Origin: Spirochaetaceae bacterium
GTDB lineage: Bacteria > Spirochaetota > Spirochaetia > DSM-2461
NCBI GenBank assembly: GCA_965224705.1
Contig: OZ245056.1
Coordinates: 64,001-128,000, forward strand
Direction of reading: 5' to 3'
Length of the DNA: 64,000 nt
A program made the translations under genes and the position numbers. Under the pieces are notes generated by a model that was given only the letters and a program-made list of their open reading frames with translations, had not been told where the DNA came from and did not search any database. Below are positions 7,901-16,793 of the stretch, in pieces (the stretch's first letter is position 1; every line of letters starts with the position of its first letter).

Positions 7901-10685
7901 TCTCTCCGGTGCCGTTCCGCGCCGTCATGATGAAGTAATATTGACTGCCGGCGGCAAGAGGGCTTGACGGGGCGAACACCCTGGATCTCTCTGCGGTACC
8001 GGCAATCTCGCTGCCAAGGTTATTGGCCGCTGTAACGCCGGGACTGTCCGAATAGTAGATTGTGTAACGGGTCAGCGCCGCCGCTGTGCCCTGGAAATAG
8101 CCCTTGCTGGCGGGCTCATCCCAGCTTAGCGTCACCTCTCCATTGACAACCGCCGCTGAGAAGTTGGTGGGCTGCCCTGGCGGAACATCATCATAGGTCA
8201 CCTCCACATCAAAAGATCCATCCACTGAGCCAACATAGTTGCCTTTTGCGGCTGCGGTTATTGTGTATCTTGTTTCCCCGAAGTCGTTTCCCGTCTCCAC
8301 GGTAACGAGTCCTGTCGCCGCGTCGATTGATACACCTTGATTGACTTCCGGCCCCGGTCCCAATGACCTGGCGATAGTGAATGTCGCGGCATCAGACAAG
8401 CTATCGCCCGGCACCAGGAAATCATATGTAGGGGCGGCAGTCTTTCCAGTCGCCGCGCCCACACGCAGCTTCAGCGAAGCGTAGGACAGGGCCGCGCTCG
8501 AAATTGGCTTCGCCTCAATGGCTATGTCGTAGAGATTATCTACCGTTCCGGTGGTATCCGCTGAACTGGCCTGTACCGTTATACGATACGTGCCGGCCGC
8601 CAGGTTTTCTCTGACCGTTATTTCTCCATTTGATTCAATCTCAATTCCTTCTACTGGAGCCGCGAGGGCGAACTCAGTCGGCGTATTCGGTCCCGTGAGG
8701 TTATCGAAGGCCAGGGATATGGCCGCACCATCGCCGTAAGCTATGGACACCGGTATGTTGTGGGCGAAGTTTCCCCCTATCGCGGGCGTCTCTACTGTCA
8801 CGGAAATGAATCCAACCGATGAACCGGTATAGTTCCCCGCTGCTTTCGCGCTTGCGGTTACCTTGTACACGGTCGCGGCGAATGCGCTGGCTGTGTCTAC
8901 AAGGACAACTCCTGTATCCGATTCAATCGATACACCCGAACCCGCTGCCGGCCCCGAGCCGCCTATCCTGGCGATAGTGAAGGTTACAGCATCGGCCAAA
9001 CCATCGCCTGACACCAATGAGGCCGTCAGAGTACCCGCATCGGGAGCGGCAGATATTCCAACGGCGGCGCCTCTGTCCACCGTCAGCGGGGAGTAAGTGA
9101 AGCCTTCTACCGGGATCGGCTTTTTAGCAACTATTACATCGTAGGTTTTATCGACAGTTCCTGCGGTATCTGCTGAACTGGCTTTTATCGTTATGGGATA
9201 GGTATCGGCCGCCAGACCCGCTTCGACTGTTATCCTTCCAGTTGACTGTTCAACCTCTATGCCCGTGACTGATGGAGAAAGAATGAATTCGACGCTATTT
9301 CCTGTCAGAATGTTGGAAGACAGAGGTATCACCGCACCTGTTCCGTAAGTTATCGGTGGTATCTGATGGGAGAAGTCCCCTCCAATCTCACGTAAGTCTA
9401 TCATCACCGCCACATCGATGGTTCCGCTCGTTGAGCCGGTATAGTTACCATCGGCTTTCGCGGCCGCGGTTACGGTGTAACTTGTCTTCGCGAAGACGTT
9501 TCCTGTCTCGACAGTAACGAGTCCCGTTGCCGCGTCAATCGATACACCCGAATCCACTTCCGGCCCCGGACCGCTTAACCTGGCAAGGGAGAACGTGAGG
9601 GCGTCCGCCAGAGTATCGCCTGAAACCAATAAACCAGCCGTATTGGGGGCGGCAGCCGTTCCATCGACAGCATCCTTGACGGCCGTCAATGCAGCGTAAG
9701 ATAGGGTTTCTCCCGTGAGGAGTTTCTTGCTCACAGTTATTTCGTAACTCTCGCCGATGGATCCTTCCGTCCCCGGCGAGTCGGCTTTTACTGTTATTGG
9801 ATGAACGCCGGCCGCCAGAGTCTCTTTGACTGTGATAGTCCCGCTTGACGGGTCAATCCTTACTCCTAAAACCTCAGGATCGAGAGTAAATGTGACATCT
9901 GTTTCTGTGATGGTATTGGAATCCACGCCGATTTCCGCGCCCGCCCCGTAAACGATCGTCAATGGCATGGTGTAGGCGAAATCCCCCGTTATCGCGGGCA
10001 GGCGAGGCGCCACTACTACGGGATGGAATACCCTGATATCCGATTTACTGCCTCTGAATATGGCGGCTATCAGTTCGCCGGTCTCGTCCTCATCCCCCAT
10101 GGGTGGACGTGAGACTCTGGCCGTGTAACTGCCGCCGTCGGCAGACGGATTCACGATTTCGATGGCAGGATTCGTGGTGACCCAGGTAATGACGCTGTCG
10201 TACAGACCAGCACCGGGAAGTGTGAAGTCGGAGGTAACCGCATCTTCTGTATCCCCATCGGCGTAGGTGATGCGCAGAGCCAGACTGTCGATATCGACGG
10301 CAACTGCGTCGTCAGGAAGCTCTCGCTCCACGGTTGGAAAGAATGCTTTGGTGACTGATGCGCCGCCCCTGGAAATAGTGGCGGTGAGAATGACGCGCTT
10401 ATCCTCTTCGGTGAAGGCTGGCCGGGTAACAGTACCATCCGCGGCTATGGCGCTGCTGTCAGAAGATTTCCAGCTAATGGCAACATCGTTTTCGCCGGTT
10501 TTCGGAAGGACGATGTCGGCTGTGACCGAATTCTCGGTATCAGGACTCGTGTATCCGATTTGCAGTGCCGCCCTGACAGCCGCGATGGCTTCGGCATCGG
10601 TCGGGCCGCCTGATGGATTCGTGCAAACGGCCAGAAGGGAAATAATTAAAGCAAGAGCAAGAAACTTGAACGTAATTCTAAGCAC
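4947..10685 (-). CDS. Giant modular surface lipoprotein (1912 aa): 2 small Ig domains, 3 two-module Ig-like repeats, 8 fibronectin type III domains, C-terminal BspA/DUF285-type repeats
   Basis: Signal peptide ending LLAVC; FN3 pattern PGxP…VTLSW…YTIYY…YYFxxxAxN eight times; C-terminal FNQDIGGWDVGNVENM repeats. Confidence 0.88.
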   Translation of the reverse strand: MLRITFKFLALALIISLLAVCTNPSGGPTDAEAIAAVRAALQIGYTSPDTENSVTADIVLPKTGENDVAISWKSSDSSAIAADGTVTRPAFTEEDKRVILTATISRGGASVTKAFFPTVERELPDDAVAVDIDSLALRITYADGDTEDAVTSDFTLPGAGLYDSVITWVTTNPAIEIVNPSADGGSYTARVSRPPMGDEDETGELIAAIFRGSKSDIRVFHPVVVAPRLPAITGDFAYTMPLTIVYGAGAEIGVDSNTITETDVTFTLDPEVLGVRIDPSSGTITVKETLAAGVHPITVKADSPGTEGSIGESYEITVSKKLLTGETLSYAALTAVKDAVDGTAAAPNTAGLLVSGDTLADALTFSLARLSGPGPEVDSGVSIDAATGLVTVETGNVFAKTSYTVTAAAKADGNYTGSTSGTIDVAVMIDLREIGGDFSHQIPPITYGTGAVIPLSSNILTGNSVEFILSPSVTGIEVEQSTGRITVEAGLAADTYPITIKASSADTAGTVDKTYDVIVAKKPIPVEGFTYSPLTVDRGAAVGISAAPDAGTLTASLVSGDGLADAVTFTIARIGGSGPAAGSGVSIESDTGVVLVDTASAFAATVYKVTASAKAAGNYTGSSVGFISVTVETPAIGGNFAHNIPVSIAYGDGAAISLAFDNLTGPNTPTEFALAAPVEGIEIESNGEITVRENLAAGTYRITVQASSADTTGTVDNLYDIAIEAKPISSAALSYASLKLRVGAATGKTAAPTYDFLVPGDSLSDAATFTIARSLGPGPEVNQGVSIDAATGLVTVETGNDFGETRYTITAAAKGNYVGSVDGSFDVEVTYDDVPPGQPTNFSAAVVNGEVTLSWDEPASKGYFQGTAAALTRYTIYYSDSPGVTAANNLGSEIAGTAERSRVFAPSSPLAAGSQYYFIMTARNGTGESPPTSEVSAFTDAVPGVPTGVSTMGGDGQVTLSWTAPASRGYYNGVPASLGDYTIYYSTNSNVSTSSSSVTAGPDRTSRVVDSLNDGTQYYFLIRASNGAGDGLLTPAAPTFTDAVPGEPTGVSAMGGSGKASLSWTAPDSRGYHSGVEASLGEYRIYYSASANVSTSDPSIPAASDETSKVVNNLFGGTQYYFLIRASNGTGDGPLTAPVSTFTDAVPGAPTNVSAIGGNGQVTLSWDAPAFEGYYRGTAASLDDYTIYYSTSANVSTSSSSVTADSGKTSKVVSGLNGGTQYYFMMRASNGGGNSPLTSKVSTFTDAAPGVPTGVSARGGNGQVTLSWSAPAFTGYDSGVSASLSDYRIYYSASANVSASSPSVTAGSDETSKMVNNLNGGTQYYFRMTASNGAGEGSLTSPVSTFTDAAPGAPTIRVSTTQTGVKLDWEVSDTGYDGGTEATLTRIDIYYADSANVGLVSSQYDGTTSIVTSNPIGSENITIDAPGTPYYFIATAANTVGVSTASSEQSVTLNSRPGVPASVSGTVTDTTVTLNWAAPTYTGYYGGALTPLTDYSIYYSKTASFSISNPEGTETAGSGDTSITVTGLTAGTTYYFIMTASNAAGKGVETNPLPMIPGIKPDSPASVSAAAGHGEVTLNWAAPVNKGTPPTLTGYTVYYSTDANVSTAAAAKVMAGPGDTSMVVPGLKNRTLYYFIITASNNAGESNAANAVSATPLADTFSYGTADAVRTLKDAEFSVMPTWERGTVPDGLQNYEISPSTLPAGITFNFSTGELEGTPTALAIKDYTITAHIGGEIVSTPPTTLLVYARPTGKNELVTLLEAEINRQGSNGDFQTIDTSSITDMSDLFNPIHNSWGAEFNGDISSWDVSNVTNMATMFFDASQFNQDIGGWDVGNVENMQGMFFNASQFNQNIGGWNVGKVTNMGSMFGLAAAFDQNLENWAVSPSSINPNLDRSNMFTGSGMAGSPPTWF
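6630..7880 (-). repeat. Tandem ~306-bp DNA repeats encoding FN3 domains
   Basis: GGCRTCCGTAAACG recurs near 6640, 6945, 7250, 7555, 7862. Confidence 0.85.
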
Positions 10686-11108
10686 TGTACCAACCCCTAC
10701 CTGGCTTGAGTCCTTGTGACAAGCCTACGGCTTGCTGTCATTTAGGCTCACCTTAAGGGAAACCATATCATGGACTCCCTGAGGGAGAGCAAGCATATCG
10801 GGAATACGCTGGAATCATTGTACAGACCCCATGTTCCTGTACACTTTCACAAAGTATACTCAATATTGCGGCCCTTGTCAAAGGAAAACTCGCCCCCATA
10901 GAAATTCCCCAACCGCCTTCGACATTCGGACCGGCGACCAATTAGCGGCCTGGGTCATTGCGAAGGAAAGCGATACGAAATCCCTGAGATCGGGTTGAAT
11001 CGGTCGGCTAAGTTCTTCATCGTTGAAGATATGCACCACTACCGCTTTTCAGGTGATACTTTTCTTACGGGTTTTATGCAATAGTTGAAGTAGGACAGAA
11101 ATTCAAAG

Positions 11109-11942
11109 ATGAGTGCCGATTCTATGAGATTTTTTCAATCCGAATGGATATTGAACATCCCCAGAGATCAATACATTGATGCCATCAGGGTGGTCTGCCG
11201 TCCTGGAAGCGAAATGCTCACCCTCCCCGAATGCTCCATGGTATTTCCCCATCTTGAAGACCTGGGCTGGATCGACCCGGCATGGCCGCGATGGGGAATC
11301 GGAACTCTCGATGGACGCCTTCTTGCCATGACACCGGCACCTGGAAACGCCCGGGCACCGGAAGGGATGGATTGGCGGAGACTTCGAAATCTTCTGCCAT
11401 TTTTGCAGCCGGGAGAAACAGAAGCTCTGTGCCGGGCCTCCATGCTGGCCAGTTGGAACGACCATCACCGCTACTGCGGCCGCTGCGGGACTCCCACTGA
11501 ACTCGACCCGGGTGAAGCCGCCAGGGTCTGCCCGGCCTGCGGCCACCGGGCCTATCCGCGAATATCTCCGGCTATGATCGTCAGGATAACGGATGGCCGC
11601 CGAATACTTCTGGCGCACAATAAACGCTTTCCATCCGGTGTCTACAGTTGTGTGGCCGGTTATACCGATCCCGGGGAAACCCTCGAACGCACAATTCTGC
11701 GGGAGATAAAGGAAGAGGTGGGGCTGGAAGCCGAGGCGCCGCGCTATGTGACCTCCCAGGCCTGGCCCTTCCCTCATTCCCTGATGCTGGGATTCGAGAC
11801 AACCGCCAGAGGGGAACCGATACCCGATGGCGTGGAGATTTTAGACGCCCAATGGTTCGATGCCCACCGTCTTCCCCCCATTCCGCGCCCCGGCACCATC
11901 GCCCGGTATCTTATTGATCTCTGGTTAGAGGGACTCGGCTGA
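11109..11942 (+). CDS. nudC: NAD(+) diphosphatase
   Basis: CGRCG…CPAC zinc ribbon, YPRISPA, Nudix box GETLE…REIKEEVG, SQAWPFPHS. Confidence 0.93.
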   Translation: MSADSMRFFQSEWILNIPRDQYIDAIRVVCRPGSEMLTLPECSMVFPHLEDLGWIDPAWPRWGIGTLDGRLLAMTPAPGNARAPEGMDWRRLRNLLPFLQPGETEALCRASMLASWNDHHRYCGRCGTPTELDPGEAARVCPACGHRAYPRISPAMIVRITDGRRILLAHNKRFPSGVYSCVAGYTDPGETLERTILREIKEEVGLEAEAPRYVTSQAWPFPHSLMLGFETTARGEPIPDGVEILDAQWFDAHRLPPIPRPGTIARYLIDLWLEGLG

Positions 11943-12125
11943 TTCCGCATAACCGTTTATACTCCGCTGTGTGGGCAAAATGTGGTCAAGAGGATGCACG
12001 GCTTGATGCCTGCCTCATTCCCTCTCGATGGGAATTTCTAAATAAGGATTGATGTTTTTATCATTAGTCTTTACTCTAGCCAGATGGGGGGACTGAGGTC
12101 CCACGAAAAAATCAAAGGAGTTTTT

Positions 12126-13151
12126 ATGAAAAAAACACTACTCGTTCTCGCTATCATTCTGATGGCGATGCCCGCCATGCTGCTTGCAAACGGCGGATCC
12201 GACAAGGGTGCGGATGACAGCCTGGTCATTGGTGCTAACATCTACAGCTTTGCCGACAATTTTATGAATGGTGTGATGAAACCTGAACTTGAACGCTACG
12301 CTGCCGAGAAGGGCGTAGCAATCGATATCGTCGATTCAGAAGGTCAACAGGCCAAACTGAACGACCAGGTTGATGTTTTTATCACCAAGGGTGTTGATGT
12401 TCTTGCTATTAACCTTGTCGACCCCGCATCCGCAACGACCATCATCGACAAAGCAAAGGCTGCCGGTATTCCCCTGATCCTTTTCAATAAGGAACCAACT
12501 GAAGCCGGTGCTATGGGTTCCTATGACAAAGTCTGGTATGTTGGTACTAATTCGGCCGAGTCTGGAATAATACAGGGCGAAATGATGGTAAACGACTGGA
12601 AAGCCAATCCTGATTGGGATAAGAACGGTGATGCTACAGTCCAGTACGTCCTGCTCAAAGGAGAACCTGGACATCCCGATGCTGAGGCACGGACAATAGA
12701 ATCGGTCAAAGCTTTTAGAGATGCCGGCATCTCTGTTGAAGAACTGGCTCTTGAAGCCGATCCCAACTGGTCAACTCAGCATGGTAACGATAAAATGGCC
12801 ACATGGCTGACTTCTTCCTTTGGCGGAGACATTGAACTGGTTATCTGCAACAACGATGGTATGGCTTTTGGCGCAATCAATGCACTCAAAGCTGCCGGCA
12901 CAATGCTCCCCCTCTACGGTGTGGACGCGCTGGATCAGGCTCTAACTCATATCGCCGATGGCGAAATGAATGGAACCGTTTTGAATGACGGAGTTAATCA
13001 GTCCCGGGCTACTATTGATCTTGCTATCAACGCTGCCATGGGCAAGGATGTTACTTCCGGAACCAACTGGGTTGTTGAGAATCAGACAACGAAAGCTGTT
13101 CGGGTTGCATACGTTGCCGTAACTCCCGATAACTACGAGGATTTCCGCTAA
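12126..13151 (+). CDS. mglB: Galactose/glucose ABC transporter substrate-binding protein
   Basis: DNFM, AINLVDP, LKGEPGHPDAEART, NNDGMA motifs; signal peptide; SD AAGGAG. Confidence 0.88.
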   Translation: MKKTLLVLAIILMAMPAMLLANGGSDKGADDSLVIGANIYSFADNFMNGVMKPELERYAAEKGVAIDIVDSEGQQAKLNDQVDVFITKGVDVLAINLVDPASATTIIDKAKAAGIPLILFNKEPTEAGAMGSYDKVWYVGTNSAESGIIQGEMMVNDWKANPDWDKNGDATVQYVLLKGEPGHPDAEARTIESVKAFRDAGISVEELALEADPNWSTQHGNDKMATWLTSSFGGDIELVICNNDGMAFGAINALKAAGTMLPLYGVDALDQALTHIADGEMNGTVLNDGVNQSRATIDLAINAAMGKDVTSGTNWVVENQTTKAVRVAYVAVTPDNYEDFR

Positions 13152-13234
13152 GCCATCTGGTTTTTCGAATCATTTTCCTGCAGGAAGAAGTCATCTGACC
13201 TCTTCCTGCAATCCTTTGAAGGAAGGCCGGAGGC

Positions 13235-14764
13235 ATGAGTCAATCGCAGGAATATCTTCTGACCATAAAGGAACTCAGCAAGTCTTTTTCCGGGAATAAA
13301 GTACTGGACAATGTAGAGCTGAATGTCCGTTCTGGAACAGTTCATTCCCTCATGGGAGAAAACGGATCCGGGAAGTCAACAATGATGAAATGCCTGTTTG
13401 GTATATACCATCAGGATTCAGGAAAATTCTTCCTTAAGGGCAGCCCTGTTAACTTCAATGATCCAAAACACGCCCTTGAAAATGGTGTTTCCATGGTTCA
13501 CCAGGAACTGAATCAGGTTACCAAACGCAGTATTTCAGACAATATCTGGCTGGGACGCTACCCAAAAACCGGTCTATTCGTCGACGAACGCAGGATGTAC
13601 AGGAATACCAGGGCCTTATTCGACAAACTGGGTATTCACCTGAATCCGGATTTAAAGCTGGAAACACTTTCAGTTTCCCAGAGGCAGATGGTGGAAATTG
13701 CCAAGGCTGTTTCCTATGATGCCAGAATCATTGTTCTGGATGAACCAACTTCTTCGCTGACGGAAAACGAAGTGGAGATGCTTTTTGGCATCATCAATGT
13801 TCTTAAAAGCGAAGGTGTCGGCATCATCTACATCTCCCACAAAATGGATGAAATCTTTAGAATATCCGACGATGTTACGGTGCTCAGGGATGGGCAGTAT
13901 ATCGGAACTGACACCATAGAAAATCTGACGATGGACAAGATTATCAACATGATGGTTGGGCGGGATCTTGACCACCGCTTCCCGCCCAGAACCAATGTGC
14001 CGGGTGCGGTCCATATGGAGGTGAGAAATCTCAAAACTAAATTCCCGCCGATTGTCCGTGATATAAGCTTTACAGTCCGCCGGGGAGAGATACTCGGAGT
14101 AGCCGGACTGGTTGGTGCCGGACGAACTGAAATGGTGGAATCTATCTTCGGAGCCCGAACCCGGGAAAGCGGTGATATTTTCATTGACGGCAGAAAAATA
14201 GACAATAGCTATCCAGGAAAATCAATCAACAATCATTTTGCCCTTCTTACCGAAGAACGACGGAGTACCGGTATCTATCCTGTGGGTGATATCACTTTCA
14301 ATTCATGTATTGCCAATATCAAATCCTACAGGAACAGGCTCGGCTATCTGAACGACAATGCGATGAAGGAAGATACAGACAAGCAGATATCCGATATGCG
14401 TATCAAAACGCCCAACCGCCATGAGCAGATCCGGAATCTTTCGGGAGGGAATCAGCAGAAGGTTATTATCGGCCGCTGGCTTCTGACCAATCCTGATGTG
14501 CTGCTTCTGGACGAACCGACACGGGGTATTGATGTGGGGGCAAAATATGAAATCTATCAGCTCATTATCACTCTGGCTGAATCCGGGAAGTCTGTGATTG
14601 TGGTATCTTCGGAAATGCCCGAACTGATTGGAATAACGAACCGGATAATGGTATTGAGCAACGGCCGCATGGCTGGTATCGTTGAAACAGATAAAACTGA
14701 CCAGACTGAGATTTTCAATCTTGCGATGAAACATTTAAGCAACAGCAAAGAGGCGGAAATTTAA
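13235..14764 (+). CDS. mglA: Galactoside ABC transporter ATPase
   Basis: Two ABC domains, [17 protein letters not shown]; operon context. Confidence 0.9.
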   Translation: MSQSQEYLLTIKELSKSFSGNKVLDNVELNVRSGTVHSLMGENGSGKSTMMKCLFGIYHQDSGKFFLKGSPVNFNDPKHALENGVSMVHQELNQVTKRSISDNIWLGRYPKTGLFVDERRMYRNTRALFDKLGIHLNPDLKLETLSVSQRQMVEIAKAVSYDARIIVLDEPTSSLTENEVEMLFGIINVLKSEGVGIIYISHKMDEIFRISDDVTVLRDGQYIGTDTIENLTMDKIINMMVGRDLDHRFPPRTNVPGAVHMEVRNLKTKFPPIVRDISFTVRRGEILGVAGLVGAGRTEMVESIFGARTRESGDIFIDGRKIDNSYPGKSINNHFALLTEERRSTGIYPVGDITFNSCIANIKSYRNRLGYLNDNAMKEDTDKQISDMRIKTPNRHEQIRNLSGGNQQKVIIGRWLLTNPDVLLLDEPTRGIDVGAKYEIYQLIITLAESGKSVIVVSSEMPELIGITNRIMVLSNGRMAGIVETDKTDQTEIFNLAMKHLSNSKEAEI

Positions 14765-15816
14765 TGCAACTCTCCATTGGGAATATAAAGACCTGGAATC
14801 GACAAGACTGGGGCGATTTCTTCATTCGAAATGCTATCTACCTGGTTATTCTGGCTCTAATCGCAGCTATTATTATCATGGAACCAAAATTCCTTTCCCT
14901 GCGAGTTTTAGAAAATGTTCTAACACAGTCAGCGGTCCGGTTGATTCTGGCTCTGGGTGTGGCGGGAATTATAATCCTCCAGGGCACAGATCTTTCTCTC
15001 GGCAGAATGGTTGGTCTGGCTGCTGTTGTTTCGGCATCCATGCTTCAGCGGGCTGACTATGCCGGTAAGTTTTATCCGGGCCTGGAGAACATGCCCCTTC
15101 TATTGCCAATGATAGCGGCTATGGCTGCCTGTGTACTATTTTCGGCCATCAGCGGCTGGGTGACCGCCAAGTTTCATATTCATCCATTTCTATCGACCAT
15201 GGGCATGATGACTATTCTCTACGGTGTGATTCAAATCTATTTCGACTTTGGTTCTGGTGGTGCTCAACCCATTGGCGGTCATTTAAGAGCATACACAAAA
15301 ATAGCTACCGGCCGGTTTTTTGAGTTCTCCGCAGGCGGAGCGAAAGTCGGAGTGCCATACATCGTCATTATTGCCGCCGTCGTGTCAATGATTATCTGGC
15401 TTATCTGGAACAAAACGACCTTCGGGAAGAATATGTATGCGGTGGGAGGCAATCCTGAGGCCGCCAAAGTTTCCGGCGTCAACGTTATGACAACGACCAT
15501 TATGGTGTATATTATGGCTGGTGTACTCTATGGTATCGGCGGTTATCTGGAAGCTGCCCGTATCGGTTCAGCCAACCCGAGTACCGGTTTTGGTTACGAG
15601 CTGGATGCCATTGCCGCCTGCGTTGTCGGAGGTATCTCGTTCTCGGGAGGTATCGGCAAAGTCTCCGGTGCTGTTGCCGGTGTGCTGATGTTCACCATTA
15701 TCTCCTACGGTATGACTTTCGTCGGCCTTGATCAGTACTATCAGTACATTATCAAGGGTGTAATCATCATTGCGGCCGTGGCACTGGATACCCGGAAATA
15801 CCTCAAGAAAGTCTGA
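14764..15816 (+). CDS. mglC: Galactoside ABC transporter permease
   Basis: GTDLSLGR, GGNPEAAKVSGVNV, YELDAIAACVVGG. Confidence 0.9.
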   Translation: MQLSIGNIKTWNRQDWGDFFIRNAIYLVILALIAAIIIMEPKFLSLRVLENVLTQSAVRLILALGVAGIIILQGTDLSLGRMVGLAAVVSASMLQRADYAGKFYPGLENMPLLLPMIAAMAACVLFSAISGWVTAKFHIHPFLSTMGMMTILYGVIQIYFDFGSGGAQPIGGHLRAYTKIATGRFFEFSAGGAKVGVPYIVIIAAVVSMIIWLIWNKTTFGKNMYAVGGNPEAAKVSGVNVMTTTIMVYIMAGVLYGIGGYLEAARIGSANPSTGFGYELDAIAACVVGGISFSGGIGKVSGAVAGVLMFTIISYGMTFVGLDQYYQYIIKGVIIIAAVALDTRKYLKKV

Positions 15817-15863
15817 ATCATCCTGAGTGGCCGATGGTATGACATACAAATCGGATTGAAAAA

Positions 15864-16331
15864 TTACAGTTTTCTACCGAGTCTCTTTTCTACCTGTCTT
15901 TTTTCCCACTCAGCTCCAAATATCCTGAACTTACTGAAAACCCTGAAACCGTGAATGAAGAGCCCCAGTCCCCAGCCCATAGCCGGCCACTTAGCCCAGA
16001 TGTATTCAGGCCCGGCAATAAGATTGATTGCAAAAAGTAATGCCATCACACATCCATAGCTAATAAGATGACCATAAAAGCCTTTTTCATTCTGAACCTG
16101 GGCAAATGCCATCTCTTCCTCCTTAGAAACGCCGTTGTTATCCATAGTCTCCTCCCGCTGAAAATCAGCAGCCTCCATATCGAAAACAGCAGCAAGGCAT
16201 TTCAGAGAATCAAGACCGGGATTAGCACCTTTTTCTATTCTCTGGATGGTTCTGACGCTTAATCCGCTGAATTCGGCAAGATCGGATTGGGACCAGCCTC
16301 TTTTCAGTCTCAGTTTCTTTACTATCAGCAC
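15864..16331 (-). CDS. XRE-family HTH regulator with C-terminal two-TM (2TM) domain
   Basis: LRLKRGWSQSDLAEFSGLSVRTIQRIE; GFYGHL…WPAMGWGLGL…WEKRQVEK. Confidence 0.88.
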   Translation of the reverse strand: MLIVKKLRLKRGWSQSDLAEFSGLSVRTIQRIEKGANPGLDSLKCLAAVFDMEAADFQREETMDNNGVSKEEEMAFAQVQNEKGFYGHLISYGCVMALLFAINLIAGPEYIWAKWPAMGWGLGLFIHGFRVFSKFRIFGAEWEKRQVEKRLGRKL

Positions 16332-16450
16332 CGTTCACCTCCAGCTGTATCTTATGGCGGGATTTATAATCTGGATATGTCCTGAATCATACGACAGATT
16401 GGCGACAATTGGGAGACTGTCATGTCTCTGTCCTATTCCTGTCTATACAG

Positions 16451-16587
16451 GGAGCCTGTCGGACTTACACCTCACGGTTTGATTTCTGTCCTTCTCCGTT
16501 TTTACCCACCTGTCGGCGGCCAGGTCGCCTTGCATCAGGAAGAAATCATTAAAAACTGCCTTGAAACCATAAAGTTCGACAGATTCC
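16451..16587 (+). mobile_element. Degenerate MITE-A copy with altered centre
   Basis: GGAGCCTGTCGGACTTAC…AAAGTTCGACAGATTCC. Confidence 0.8.
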
Positions 16588-16793
16588 CAGGTTCAACATT
16601 CTAACTTCTAAGTTTCCCCGAAGACAGCAATTACTCTTTTCGTTCTTCACTACTGACTTTGTGCTTAGCCGCTGTAAATGAATCGGAATTTCCGATAGAT
16701 TCAGTTTCGTATAGATTTCCTGATGAAGAATTTCTAATTCGATAAATTGACGAATCGAACACAGAACAACACAATAGTAGTAGGAGTTTTTCT

